Made by a program: the position numbers and the translations under genes. Below are positions 20,701 to 30,000 of a DNA stretch of 64,000 nucleotides, one piece after another. Within the stretch, counting starts at the first letter, position 1, and each line of letters begins with the position of its first letter. The stretch lies in IMG/VR virus record IMGVR_UViG_3300043570_000570, positions 1 through 64,000 of that record; one strand, given 5' to 3'. Source of the stretch: a virus. The notes under the pieces were generated by a model, which saw only the letters and a list, made by a program, of their open reading frames with translations, was not told where the DNA came from and made no database searches.

Positions 20701-23700
20701 GTCAAAGAGTTTTTAAACTCCCCATAAAGACTGTTACTAGACATTCCAAACATTCCAAGTAAAGCACCTTTAAGAGCAGCTTTGTTTTCAGCAACATTTA
20801 TAGCTTCCTTAATTCTATCTTGCATAGATTCAGGAATCATATCTTTAAATATAATAAAGTCTGATCCTAAAATTTCTTTTCTGTTTGATTGTGCTTTGTC
20901 ATCAAACATACGCATAGCCTCAAAATACAAGTACTGTTGCATCTGTGCTACAAAAGAAGAAGCAAGTACAGTTTTATTTTTAAAGTTATATTCTTCGTAC
21001 GGAAAGTACTCTCTATCTGATTTGTTACCGTTTATAGAAGTTGCAAAAGAACTACTCTTAGCTCCTACTCGCATATTTTCTACAATAGCATCTCTCTTAA
21101 AAGAAATAAAATCTTGAAGTAACTTACCATCTCCAGTAAGGTTAGTTGTCTTGTCCCCCATAGAAGTTCCTATGGTATAGCCTGACATGTTAGCAACTCT
21201 TAATTCTACAGCTTCTCCTGCAGTAGTAAATCTTCTTGTACCATCATCTGCACGAAACATTTTCTTCATTAGGATACTATATTCTAAGAAGTTGTTTGTT
21301 TCAGGGTTTAAGTGACCACTTAAGTCATAGATACTTTCTACACTATTAATCTTAGAAGCAGTGTCTAACAAGTGATTCCATTCTCTTACTGCGTACTCTA
21401 AGTTACCTTCTGGACTAATGTATGAAGCAGAGTTAGAAATATTATAGATTTTTTCAAAAGCAGAAAAAGCAGAAGTTCTTTCGTTATCTAATGTAGCAAA
21501 CTTAAAATGTGCAGCTACATATTCTTTTATTGCTTTCTCTTTAGGACTAGAACCTAACTTATCTATCTGACCTTTAAGTTGCTTAGACAAATCAGAAGAC
21601 AAAGTCAATAAAGGGTTAGAACCTACAACAGGTGCAGAAAGTTCTGAAGGAAGCATTGAAATAAGATTTAACTTAAACAGTGCATTGTTTGCTATTCGTA
21701 CAATGTTTCTTGTATTGGTAGGAGTAAATACTGGATTTACACTAAACTGTAATTCTCCTTTCTTGTTAAACAACAAGTTAGGGTTTCTATTACCAATTAA
21801 ATCAATACCAAAAACATCATTTAAAAATTCAAAAACTGCTTTGTGAGAACTGAAACCTGTTTCTTTATAAATAGAGTAGTCTGTTAACACACCTGCAGAA
21901 TCAAATATAGCTAAAGTACTTTCACTAGAATCTGTTATTCTATATTTACGAAGTCTGTTAGTTACAAAGTTTTGATCAAAGTATTCTATAAGCTTTTCTT
22001 GAGACAAAGTATTGTTCAAGAAAGTTACGTGTTCCATTACAGTGTCCTTATCTTGAGATACTTTGACAGTTGTAGATTTAATTCTAGACTTAACTTCATA
22101 AGGAGATACAGTAGGCATAGCTGCAAACTGCATAAACTGTGCTTTTAAAGCCATCTGAGACAATGAAAGTGTGTCAGTAGACTTAGGTAACCTATCTATT
22201 AAGTTCTGTAACTGAGGAGCAATATCTAAAGAATCCCTTAGTCTCTGCAATGCTTCTTCATAGTTTATAGAACCGCTTACCTTATTTAAGATTAAGTTCT
22301 TGTTTCTAAGGAAGTCCCCTGCTTGTGGTAAACCAAAAGAATTACCTGTAGCTGTTATTAGTTCTCCTTTATTATTATAATAAATTCCTGGAAGAGTTTT
22401 AATAAGTTGTAAGATTTCAGGAGAAGCGAGTGTCATAGGATCTACATCTTCTGCATTTGCAAAACTTCGACTATCTCTAGTAAAGTTTTCTTCATTCATT
22501 TCATCTAACCTATTGTCTACATCAGACTCATTTATATTATTTCCTAAATAGAATACACCTCCTTTAGAATTCTTTTGATGATTCTTTACTACTTGACTCC
22601 AACCATCATTCTCTGCAGTACGTACTACTAATCCTTTTAGATTCTTTATTCTAGAATTTAAAACAAGTGCAGTAGCTTCATCAGCAGTAGTTGCTTCTAG
22701 TTGTAAAGCACTGATATATTGCAACATAGAATCCCTAGCACTTTCATATAACTTAGGAAGGTACACAGACTTAAGTCTAGTGTCAAGCAAGAAAGACATA
22801 TCTAACTTAGAAACGTTACCGTCTGCATCTGTAAAATTGTCCATTGCATCTGCTAAGAAGTAGTCAATAGCACTAAATATTTCTGCAGCCTCTAAAGCGT
22901 TATAACCAAAAGGAATAACTCTACCATCCTTTGCTTTGTATTCAATCTGGAAAGCTTTATTTCTGTTTAAAGCTTTTTCAGAAATGTTACTGACATTTGG
23001 TTTGTATTCAGATAATTGATTAGAATATAATTTTTCAAACAAACCAGCAATACCTTCTACTAATGCTTCTGGGCTCTGTTGAGCAACCTCTTGAGGACTT
23101 ACTATAAATAAATCTGTAAGAAAGTCCCAAATTCTTTGAAAGATAGTTCTTACAGGAGTCTCTACTATAGGGGGAACAACTTCAGGATTAGATTTATTTA
23201 AAGCAAAGTCTCTAAACTCTTCTGCAAGCACTTCTTCTATCTGACGATTAGTTAAAGAGTAGTAAGGTACTTCAGTACCATTAATATTAACAGTAGAAGG
23301 TCTAGATTTAACTGTTTGATATAAAGCAGTTCTCTCTTCTTTGGTCATGAATCGTTGAGTAAATTCATGCCATCCTTCGTGATAAAGATCGGAGTAATCA
23401 GATCCTTTGTATAAAGTAATTGCAGACTTAGTCCAGGTAGCAAAAGAACTTTCTTCTCTATTCTGCATGTTAGCAAACTGTAAGTGAGCAGACAAAGGAG
23501 AACTCTTAAACCAGATGTAAGAATCTAATAACTGTCTGCCATTAGCAATCTTACGTGTTTCATCAAAAGCAACTTTTTGTAGATTCTCACTTATAACTCT
23601 TTCTGCTTTAAATCCTTGAGCAACAAACTTCATTACTCTCTCTGAAGCTTTTTCTAAAGTTTCATTCTCCTGTACAAAACTGTGTATGATGTTTGCCTGT

Positions 23701-23990
23701 TCTTGTATTGGAAGATCTTTAAAGTTTGGATTGTTTTTATGTAGCTTCTTGCTATAAAAGATAGCAGTGGCTAATGTAGCTTGTTTTACATTGTTGTAAG
23801 AGTTTAAAAAGTGATTGTATAAAGGATTGTCTACGACTGTTTCTTTTCCTTTTATTTTTATCACCGTTTTATCTAGAGGATATCCTCCGTTTCTATTCCA
23901 TACAAAATAGGCAAAGTCTTCTCCTACTAGGTTACTAAGGTGAGTAAACTCAGCACGTATACTACTATCACTTAAATTAGGACAAATCAT
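11709..23990 (-). CDS. Virion-packaged single-chain RNA polymerase (crAss type) with N-terminal zincin and long C-terminal polyvalent extension
   Basis: GVRIPVQG..S and GSDFDIDKL (about 18664-18689) catalytic motifs; YHEGWH at 23367-23381; 4093 aa. Confidence 0.88.
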   Translation of the reverse strand: MICPNLSDSSIRAEFTHLSNLVGEDFAYFVWNRNGGYPLDKTVIKIKGKETVVDNPLYNHFLNSYNNVKQATLATAIFYSKKLHKNNPNFKDLPIQEQANIIHSFVQENETLEKASERVMKFVAQGFKAERVISENLQKVAFDETRKIANGRQLLDSYIWFKSSPLSAHLQFANMQNREESSFATWTKSAITLYKGSDYSDLYHEGWHEFTQRFMTKEERTALYQTVKSRPSTVNINGTEVPYYSLTNRQIEEVLAEEFRDFALNKSNPEVVPPIVETPVRTIFQRIWDFLTDLFIVSPQEVAQQSPEALVEGIAGLFEKLYSNQLSEYKPNVSNISEKALNRNKAFQIEYKAKDGRVIPFGYNALEAAEIFSAIDYFLADAMDNFTDADGNVSKLDMSFLLDTRLKSVYLPKLYESARDSMLQYISALQLEATTADEATALVLNSRIKNLKGLVVRTAENDGWSQVVKNHQKNSKGGVFYLGNNINESDVDNRLDEMNEENFTRDSRSFANAEDVDPMTLASPEILQLIKTLPGIYYNNKGELITATGNSFGLPQAGDFLRNKNLILNKVSGSINYEEALQRLRDSLDIAPQLQNLIDRLPKSTDTLSLSQMALKAQFMQFAAMPTVSPYEVKSRIKSTTVKVSQDKDTVMEHVTFLNNTLSQEKLIEYFDQNFVTNRLRKYRITDSSESTLAIFDSAGVLTDYSIYKETGFSSHKAVFEFLNDVFGIDLIGNRNPNLLFNKKGELQFSVNPVFTPTNTRNIVRIANNALFKLNLISMLPSELSAPVVGSNPLLTLSSDLSKQLKGQIDKLGSSPKEKAIKEYVAAHFKFATLDNERTSAFSAFEKIYNISNSASYISPEGNLEYAVREWNHLLDTASKINSVESIYDLSGHLNPETNNFLEYSILMKKMFRADDGTRRFTTAGEAVELRVANMSGYTIGTSMGDKTTNLTGDGKLLQDFISFKRDAIVENMRVGAKSSSFATSINGNKSDREYFPYEEYNFKNKTVLASSFVAQMQQYLYFEAMRMFDDKAQSNRKEILGSDFIIFKDMIPESMQDRIKEAINVAENKAALKGALLGMFGMSSNSLYGEFKNSLTDYFTDSVQSLRTSFIEILSKGENKDLAKQFNRLYPKNDGSEYTDEEINSTLMHFATNYYAHQVELLHLLIGDPSNFKIKNGEWREVFKRLGAAISPGKQPRLDNQDINSWNNSSNGVLSRGLEELQRGKGKARAYDNNLNYVQYEDVKTFEYLDESTRDSIRESMRENYISALVSVKGPLTPGEVARETKKIDNNVNAVFAQDEEANAQAYASLDFIRFYLNSVGEWPPQLEKAYKHELEVFKAIKTYRESKSDADKAKVYNLIEKSNLGILTSLKLGYYGSPTDYTKYNVLGKYSVFPLSPSMVFDTDLEGLMLDYLDKGVDLATFSSGNKMSTPTKELSYYEKKNVKGVSTYVEGENGELKLTKVDPEAVFRLPIDGLRRQQYIAPKTKNEVTLSTQMVKLIFSNFYVAGEMNPQYAHLKDKINALQNAFIENVQVIVDVEKAKIYSQIGATVDDNGNITAINTMDFTIWLENEFDKKDVPTSVYSFLRPTLTNSFVFSLDAGVQRSLIDQIISSALSKRVLRPKLFGEAYIQLASTGFNKLGTRMKKPTTAQLKTIASGFNVSGLRDYRVENGVVQPADVLIPFNPKKHSPLLNLTWNGERIATLDRLNQALEDDAWVTEHSAKITIVGVRIPVQGLNSMEYFRVRRFLSNVGGPVMVVPPSIITKSGSDFDIDKLFMYEPELDDNGNLVSNPRLNDPEFRAQIIDNILAKNEFLAVKANSLQSLFASADFKEAGLVSKEIETLKKFIDNLKEAKKSGDTDTITEFKENIGPLNMKLSIAIERFKTLRSQDPNVVEMLQNLVAVNEVLADMKDISEKAIKGSASNNMISVISSILSEPSIFTEFTKPNTNIILPAIAEEYQKMKGKSSRISSSAMFLIETSVRIFTENNLGKKSLGVDAKVNALHKLYQQTGLRFKSNPEIIDLNKFYLLKANKNKNTKEIELGGLYDADGINLISDVINEFINGHVDIEKEDWINFFNADRERTPLILQMVINGTPVEEAILLVNQPIVQHYIRSSKITKVGKALGQKPADLFKDYIIPAMNFLNEKPVYVNGKIDESRTIEKVMSTPSIVEALSAENFNKTNYPPNPNVYRSPYDKIKANRNTKEGTKALKAQLAFIAQYYIVQTQNQMLLELTTNIDFNTANYRINTEFYSTAQGIIEASDNFNPEGINKILENSVVSPFNILEANQSVVDQVWDFFSLDIVKQHLHMVKNYYGKYWGRDKTVKNFNQLMNSMMLSFFQNTPELKPWYAKYGPDSGLLDTTAKNNLRSRFDTIFNNTEDSKLRTFANNNIILNNFTSIMVDGTTMFYPGMLTNEKDVDTVNAGQKDFSDGLNHPNPEVRGFFSDLANTVLLSQGSNIKYRSIHNFIPMEAQTDIMIELSIVLKKIKESIDNPETSEFLGNFLQKTTDIHSAIYWPGKLNEVVVTSKMKTFPDFTKEPVKESKITNGDNLAKAKTYAQESSNDASEPEFDSFDEASIIAERTKQKQVKTLAATTQPSTSVEVIPLNESQRFTRESAEKDTEYMYLFTDNAGRTSGSGVIDPNSWYAKKYGADKKYASKTQAVARGLKNVYPITTMVDDKRTQWTDDQFNEYKKIIDDEIETIKQASKNYNGIKFGAEMPFGKGAISNMKDSAPKIWNYLNIKLAEIGIDNTGDIPVSTQPSTTTQNNDILFGIDLQNQGQLEFHVNTLNVVAQFLENVGVEQRLVSEFLSQEGSVVEGAIAAANFIEGTVDIIDDLSKRPEAWNKLPEEAAHFWYRLLETNSPLKKALWESHQVALKNNKLYQTEYGKLVSKPEDLTEESIGQLIAESIKRIENKNANTSDYSFFKKFLDWVNSVIKNFKNTTIDPFEVAAMKILSSDMSDLMTWAEYSKLNNIVNFADVLTNQSVAPVDYTLIDDIGIAADNLLIVEDNTIVFKYGFVFRNSDYKQKYGDNSPYFSTQQELDNWVSTNVPEHNQRQKAIIQEVRDNEQFFDRLLNKSFRKKSKFLPKTLRKYFNIVDSDNLYTLEPWNVSQELEKITKKLSDEEKEQLVRTNGYTNIAPTLKVLPDLLQKYKKNPIVLSETIKLDGAKKQELSILDGIRKMIKSENPNLKSITAEDFVQQVHEWLNFHYLLGFADESTYLSYRVDQTFTNVKDRSSDEDFELANMTEAEIQALPFAERQRIATILGLTKQNPDVYHNKVSLRFNDKYHLKSGHFNKSPSAWGNLTYFYTGKNKWKDRVLLHEIQNDNIEFLREYKSEKVNVETSLGRYLQDLNKTLLANIAQIESPNSRVVTHFSGEFSTYKSLNTLLDSLKEMRIDGGQALATFKQRIAESIELYKSDDSVYTRPEKAQKLVDGTYTAKRKFAEFKKRGGIRSLLTESELAELRLILRELNQPIETAEWEYNALTVAEKKEIFKSRTIALREGINERFRKLYGDNAPLIALSVPAKRLSRNQRHLRGTNEEKLNESVDSLLAFSEIQMDKYLSKAINDTKRIYSMARNATTAYEFNLSLSKITANQFNTLIENFKYNQNLLVQSVKEQSQKDLNSGQNAEAKKAKSIIQYLEQTINGNLGEYQFSFAGDQSTEKKVVARLLKSPSFDEMLLGQTGYMGMFRWSSEEFLDYVKQVNPSLLDIDTSFLLFTEQQNTFTALKQKALDKKEELEKDYGKVEEEVKQTLEVEMNYFTPLVHHLIQKHINQYGKDFPMYFSGFEITKLTQNNDRTALIYAGKDEVNIVNKNEFIFNEVIFKQYQGERKLLSEEYDISVKELDKNTKGLYHNDLLIGKVTKGNNGLILEQDGIITETNETQISPIIKKIKVDNVGTVSGKYEKLEGSIRTLISKQEYEKAYQQATERRAKEIKYEAALNIGILDSSEEGINSGEDIKKLSDKELEQAIKKLNDYKKESKQNLDRVVNTIMNISNSKPIETGAIYNAMTQVSGVKLVWENKVEGLNGEPGGYKVDLSNYNYNTPVLYGLQTPQAVNLELTVPTVAMIPADMDSLENTEFEVTKCRED
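15698..16207. repeat. 18-bp direct repeat (TAGTAGATGGTTGAGTAG) encoding TQPST, flanking a ~160-aa domain
   Basis: Copies at 15698-15715 and 16190-16207. Confidence 0.85.
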
Positions 23991-24012
23991 TTTATTTTAG
24001 TTGTTATTATTA

Positions 24013-24020
24013 CAAATATA
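24013..24020 (-). promoter_or_regulatory. -7 promoter element upstream of the vRNAP gene
   Basis: Intergenic TATATTTG; no canonical -33. Confidence 0.5.
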
Positions 24021-24058
24021 AGTTGTTAATGTTGTTTTGGTTTAAATATCAAAGATAC

Positions 24059-27000
24059 TTAAGCAATATCGTCTAGGTCACCCTTACAAGCCTCTTTTAC
24101 TTCTTTAGCTGCTGCTCTAAGTTCTTCTTCATCTTGTAAAGAATCTAAGAAAGGAGACTCACTAGTTACTTCTGCCTGAGGCTCTTCAAAAGTATTTGCT
24201 GTAAGTACAGGACGAGTCTTCTTGGCAACAGGAGGTTCTGCAGGTTGCGTAGGAACAACAGGAGCAGTAGGGACAGTAGAACTCATCTTACCTTCAGAAG
24301 GATTTGCTAAATCTATTTCTGCAAGGAATCTAGGAGTACCAAAGTTTTTACCAAAAGGAGAATTAGGCTTTACTAAAATAATAGTAACAGGCTTTTCTCT
24401 TTCTGCTATTTGTACTCTAGCTGCATAGAACGGAGAACCTAATGCACCTGGATCTTCTGAATCATAAGGAGTAAGTTCAAAGTATACACTAGCTCCTGTA
24501 CCTCCGTTATTATTTTTTATTAACTTGGGATAGTACACAGTAGATAATTTACTAGGATCTGCAAGAACTGTGTTAACTGCCATTTGATAAAATTCTTCTC
24601 CAATTCGAGTAATCCCTGATAATTGAGAAGCATCTGGTACAGCGCTTTTACTTATAGCATCTAATGCTTTAGGATATAAAAGAATAGACAAAGTCTGTAA
24701 TGCAGATGGTCCACTAGGTTTAGCAGGTGTTTCTAAAGCAGCTACAACATCTATAGGTTGAGCAGGAACAGCAGGAGCATTTACTACTTGCTTAGGAGTT
24801 TCTACCTTAGGCACAACTCCAACTATTTCTGGAAACTGTTCTTTAAGAATTTCAGTAGAAAGATAAACAACCTTGTTTACAGGTCTAGCTACTTCTCCAT
24901 CTTTAATAGGGAAGTTGTGAGTATCTTTTAAGTACTCAGCGTAAGACTGAGTTACAGGACCTTCTGGTTTAAGTCTTAAAATAGAATCTCCACTCTTCAT
25001 CAAAGTAAGACTTGCCTTATAATAATGGTTTTTAAGAACGTCTGCAAACTCTTCTTTAGTTAACACACTGTTTTGAAATCCCGTAGGAGTCTTTTTTGAT
25101 TGAACAATTACTACAGGAAATTGACCATTGCCAGGTTCATAGTCTTCGTTTACAAAAAAGTGTAAACGACTATCTCTGTCTACTTGGTTAATTAAATTAA
25201 ACAAATAACCTTCAGCTTCTTTAGGACTTGCAAAATAAGGGTTCTCTTCAGAGAAATATAATTCAGCTAATGCATCTGCTTCTGCTGGATCTATTTTATT
25301 GTTAGTCAATAAAGTAGGATTACCATTATTGTTAAAGTAAACACGACCTTTCTCAAAAGCATAATTCCTTCCAAACACAGGCTCTCTAGGATCTTCTATA
25401 ATTTTAAAGTCACTAATTCTTGCTTTCTTTATGTTTTCTAATTCCGTACTACTTCCTCTCTCAAAAGTATTTATAGGAGTAGGAAGCATAATTCCAAAAG
25501 AAACATCGTAATCAAAATCTAAATAAGGTAAAGAATCTTCAAAAGAATTTGCTTCAGACACTGCTTTCTTTAAAGCAAGTAATCTTTGAAATGTATCTGC
25601 ATTTTTATTCCTAAGCTCTTGTTCTGATCCCCCCAACTTAGAGTACTCTCTGATAACATTGTCACTAATTTTAAAACTACTAGAAGTAGTTAATGATAAA
25701 TTTAACTCCATAGGAAGACCCTCTAGTGTTACTAGGTTTTCTTCTGAATCTATAGCTGTAATAATTGCTTCTGAATTTGTAAATAAACCAGAACCTACTG
25801 GAAGAAGTTTACCGTTAGTATCTGTAGAGGTAAAAAAGAATTTAATCATTCCTGAGTCATAGAAATTCTTTCCTATGATTGCATCTATAGGAGTCATTAG
25901 AATTTCCTTATCCTCTTCACTCATAGCATTCCAAATATCTACAGACATTTGGTTTTCAGAGATATGAGTAACAATCTTTTCAAACTCTTGTGTAGGATCT
26001 ACATCCTCACTTCTCTGCATTATATGATACTTCAAGAATAGTTTCCTATTCATAATCCTAATCTTAATATTAGGAGTAGTAGTAAGTTGTTCTATTAAAG
26101 ATACATTTCTTCTTACTGCAGGATCTTCGTTCTTAGTGTTATTCTTAGTATACTCAAGTGCTGCACTTCTTAAAGGAGAAGCTAAGTACTCTAACTGAGT
26201 TTTACGAGCCTGTACTTCTTGAGTAACTACTTCATTTAACCTATCAACCTTACCTTTTTGTTTAGGATTAGGCTCGTTTTTCTTAGGTACAGTCTTAGTT
26301 CCAGTGGGGGGAATAGTTGTAGTAGTTGTAGTCGTAGTTGTAGTGGTAGTCGTAGTTTTTTGAGCTACTCTATCTGCAGGCATATCATTTGCAAAGTATC
26401 TATCTGCAATAAACTTAAGGAATATTACAGCATCTGCTTTACTTTTATTCTCTTTATTAGCTCTCCATACAGATAAGAAAATATTTCTAAACTCTGCAGG
26501 AGTAATCTTTTTGTCAAGCAAGTTATCAAAAGCATTTATTAAAGTATCATAATCTTTTGTGCCTTTACTAAATACTGTAGCCAATCGTTTTTTAATCTCA
26601 CCTTCGATAGCTGGAGCAAATCCTAAAGGATTACTCTTTGCCCTCTCTACCATTCTTTCATATCCTGCAAGGTAAATATCATCTCTGTTAGATTTACCAG
26701 ACTCATCTACTACTTCAGGAGTTTCAGCTGCTTGTAATGCTACTTCGTTAAATTCTTTTTGTCTTTCTTGATCTTCTTCACCTTCAGGTAAAACTTGAGT
26801 GCTTACAGATTGTTTTGATCTAGCGTCTGCTCTTCTTTGAATAAGCGCTTCTCTTGAATCTTCTAGTTCTTCCTGTGTATACTTTGCAGCAGGGAACATT
26901 TGATTTACCAAATCTACATTATAAGCGTAATTAGTATTTTTTAAAGTTACTTTATCTAAAAAATCAACAAGGACTTTAGACCTAACCTCAGGAGTAGCCT

Positions 27001-30000
27001 CAGCTAAAGCAGATTGTGCTCTGTCAAAACTATCGTTAAGATTCTCTTGAATAGTTTCATACAAATCCTGATTAACGTGGTCTTTGTTTGATTCCAAATA
27101 CTCTTGTGCTTTAAGCATAGAGTAAAAGTCACCCTCTTGTTCCATAGTATTAGCATCAAAAGTGCTAACCTTCTGTTCTATTTTATTTTGACCAAATTCA
27201 TCTCTTTCATTGGTAAGATCATACATCTGCTTTCCGTAAGCATCAAGTAATCTTTCTTTATGTTCAATCTGACCAGGAACCTCTTCTTCTCCCTTTAACT
27301 TGAGATAGTTTAAATCATTTCTAAGTGCAGTCATAGAGGATACAAGATCTCCTGCACTGTCTATACCCATTACAGCTTCTATCTTCTCATCATATACCTT
27401 TTTAATAATCTCATTCTTTTCAGAATTAGTTAAGTTAGCATAACGATCTATTCTCTTCTGAGTCTTTAGGATAGACTTGTCTATAGATGCAATTTCTTTA
27501 TCAACGTCTTCTTGAGAATATTGTAAATCAGCATCTTGCAATACTCCTTTCTCGTAAAAAAACTTTTTGTCCTCGTCAGTAATCTCTCCCTTTTTTACAA
27601 ACTGAGTATTAGCTCTAGTTAACCTTTGATACATAAGGGTCAACTCTATACGTTTGTCTTGTTCTTCTTTAGTAGCAGTCTCTCTAGGAGGTAACTCTGC
27701 TAGTTGCTGTTTGATCTCCTGTACTCTAGTTGTTTGTTCTTTAGATAGCTTATTTCCTATCTTGTACTTAGCTAAAGTGTTTTTTTCATCCTCAGATAAA
27801 GAGTCATAATCTATTTGAAGTAAATCATTCTTTCTAAGAAGGTTTGTAAATAAATTGTACTGTTCGTCTTTATCTAGGTTTAAAGTCTTTAGGTCTCTGA
27901 TATTATCAAAGCCTACCATTGACTTAAGTGTACCTTCTAAGTTACGAGCCTTAGCCATACCTTGAACAAAGTCTTGATCTGTTATCTTTCCTTTGTCTTT
28001 TAAGTCACTAAGTTTAGCTATGAATAGGTCAGCATTATTTGCTGCTTCCCAGTTAGCCATGTTATTTAAGTTCTGAGGTCTAGTGTAAGAGTAAGCTCCT
28101 GCACCTGTAGTACCAAAACTATATATCAAACCTGCAGCAAACGACTCTACTAATGTATCGGTTAATGTTTTTGCAGTAATTTCCTCACGATCTCTTAAAG
28201 CATACTCTTCAGGCATCAAAGTGTTCTGAACAATAGAATTACCTATAAGAGAAAGTTCTTCTTCTAATGCTTCAACTGCATTTTGTTTAAGACCTAATTT
28301 AGCAAACTGGTAAGAGTTATTTAAATACGCACCTAATCTTTGTCCAAAACCTAATTCTAAGTTCGCTGCTCGCATTGCAGAAGATGTTAAGGTAGTAGTC
28401 ATAGGACGCATCTTTAATGCTCCTACATCAGGAAATCCTACTGCTTCAGCTGTTGCCTCTACTATACCTCCTGCAAAGCCTCTTTTTACATAATCACCTC
28501 CCCATCTTTTTTCTTGTTCTACAAAGTGGGGTATAGTGTTAGCTGCAACAGACGCAAAAGTTGCAACTCTATCTGCTAATTTAAGTTCTTTACCTAAAGC
28601 AGAAACTTTATTTAAAGCATCGTAACCACGAGCTACTCCTGCTGCTGCGCTAGAAGCCCAACCTAATTCTGCTCCTGCTACTCCTTTTATTGCTCCACCT
28701 ACTAAACCTCCTACAGCAATAATAGGCATCATCTGTGCAACCATAGCTCCTCCTGCTTCAGGAATTGCTCCAAAATTAAATCCTTTAGATCCATCAGTTT
28801 TTGTATACATAAACTGATTAGACATTACAGGTTTATTTTCTTTATCGTAAGTAACTACTTCAGGCTTATAGAAAGCCTCACTAAATACTGCTTTATCAAA
28901 ATCACTTCCCCCAATTAAATCTTGTACCCATTGTCCTGGAAGAGTATCTCCAAAAGCTTTAACAGTACTTCTACGTGCAGAACTACTTTCTCCAAATAAA
29001 GTTTTTTGAATGTCTGGAGCATATTTATCTACTTTGTAAACACCACTAAGTGAGTTTAATCTTTGATCAATTATGTTTAAAGAGTTTCTGTAGTACTTAA
29101 TGTTATCTGCATTATAGTCTACTGCATCTCTAGGTTTTAATAACTCTCCTTGAAGTTTTTGCATTACTGCACCCTTTAAAGAAGACAAAGATTCTTTTTC
29201 TAAATCATGTTTAAAGTTTGCACTTATTTGATTTTGAGTAGGATTAGCAAAAGCATTTCTTGCATCTTTTTGAAACTGTGCACCTTCTTCTCCCTCTCTA
29301 TAAAGATAATGTCCTTTAGTAGCAAAAGCATCGTCAAGTCTAGGAGCAACAAATGCATCAAAGTCTTTAAATGAACCTGATGATCCATGTCTTGCTTTTT
29401 CTAAAGCTTGATTAAGTTCTAAGGGACTCTGGTACTTTTGTATTACTTGTTGTCCGTAAGATTTAAAATCAGCTTCTTTTAAAGCATTAATACCTTCAAC
29501 AAAAAGATCTCTAGGAAGTACTGATCCTGATATAGAAGCTAAGTCAGGATTTGCTTGAGTTAAAAGTTTTTTCTTTTTTTCTACTTCAGTTTCTTTACCT
29601 AAGAACAATCCTTTTGCAGTAGAAGCAAGACTCTCACCAAGACCAGAGAAAGTCTCCATAGCATCAAACAAAAAAAGATTATCTTGTGCTTTCTCTCTAA
29701 TGCTTTCTATCTCTCCGTAGATATTATTAATATCTTGTTTAGAGGTAGCATTTTCTATTCTATCAAATACAGAAGAAGCTGCCCTATCTGCAAATTGAGC
29801 ATTAGGCATAGCTTGTCTGTATAAACTCTTAAGAGAGTTTAACTTTACATTTCTTTGTTCCTGTAGTAGTTTTTGATTTTCTAATCTGTCTGCCTCTAGT
29901 ACATCTATTTCTGCTTTCTGTTGATAAGCATTCTGTACTTCCAAAGGTACGAGAGCATTAAATCTGCTTCTCATATCCCCAGGAGCTGCCCCCGCTAAAG

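Noticed and set aside
28890-28915. GGSDFDKAVF in the 1994-aa protein resembles the RNAP motif
   Set aside because: Lacks the third Asp and the upstream RxP motif; probably coincidental
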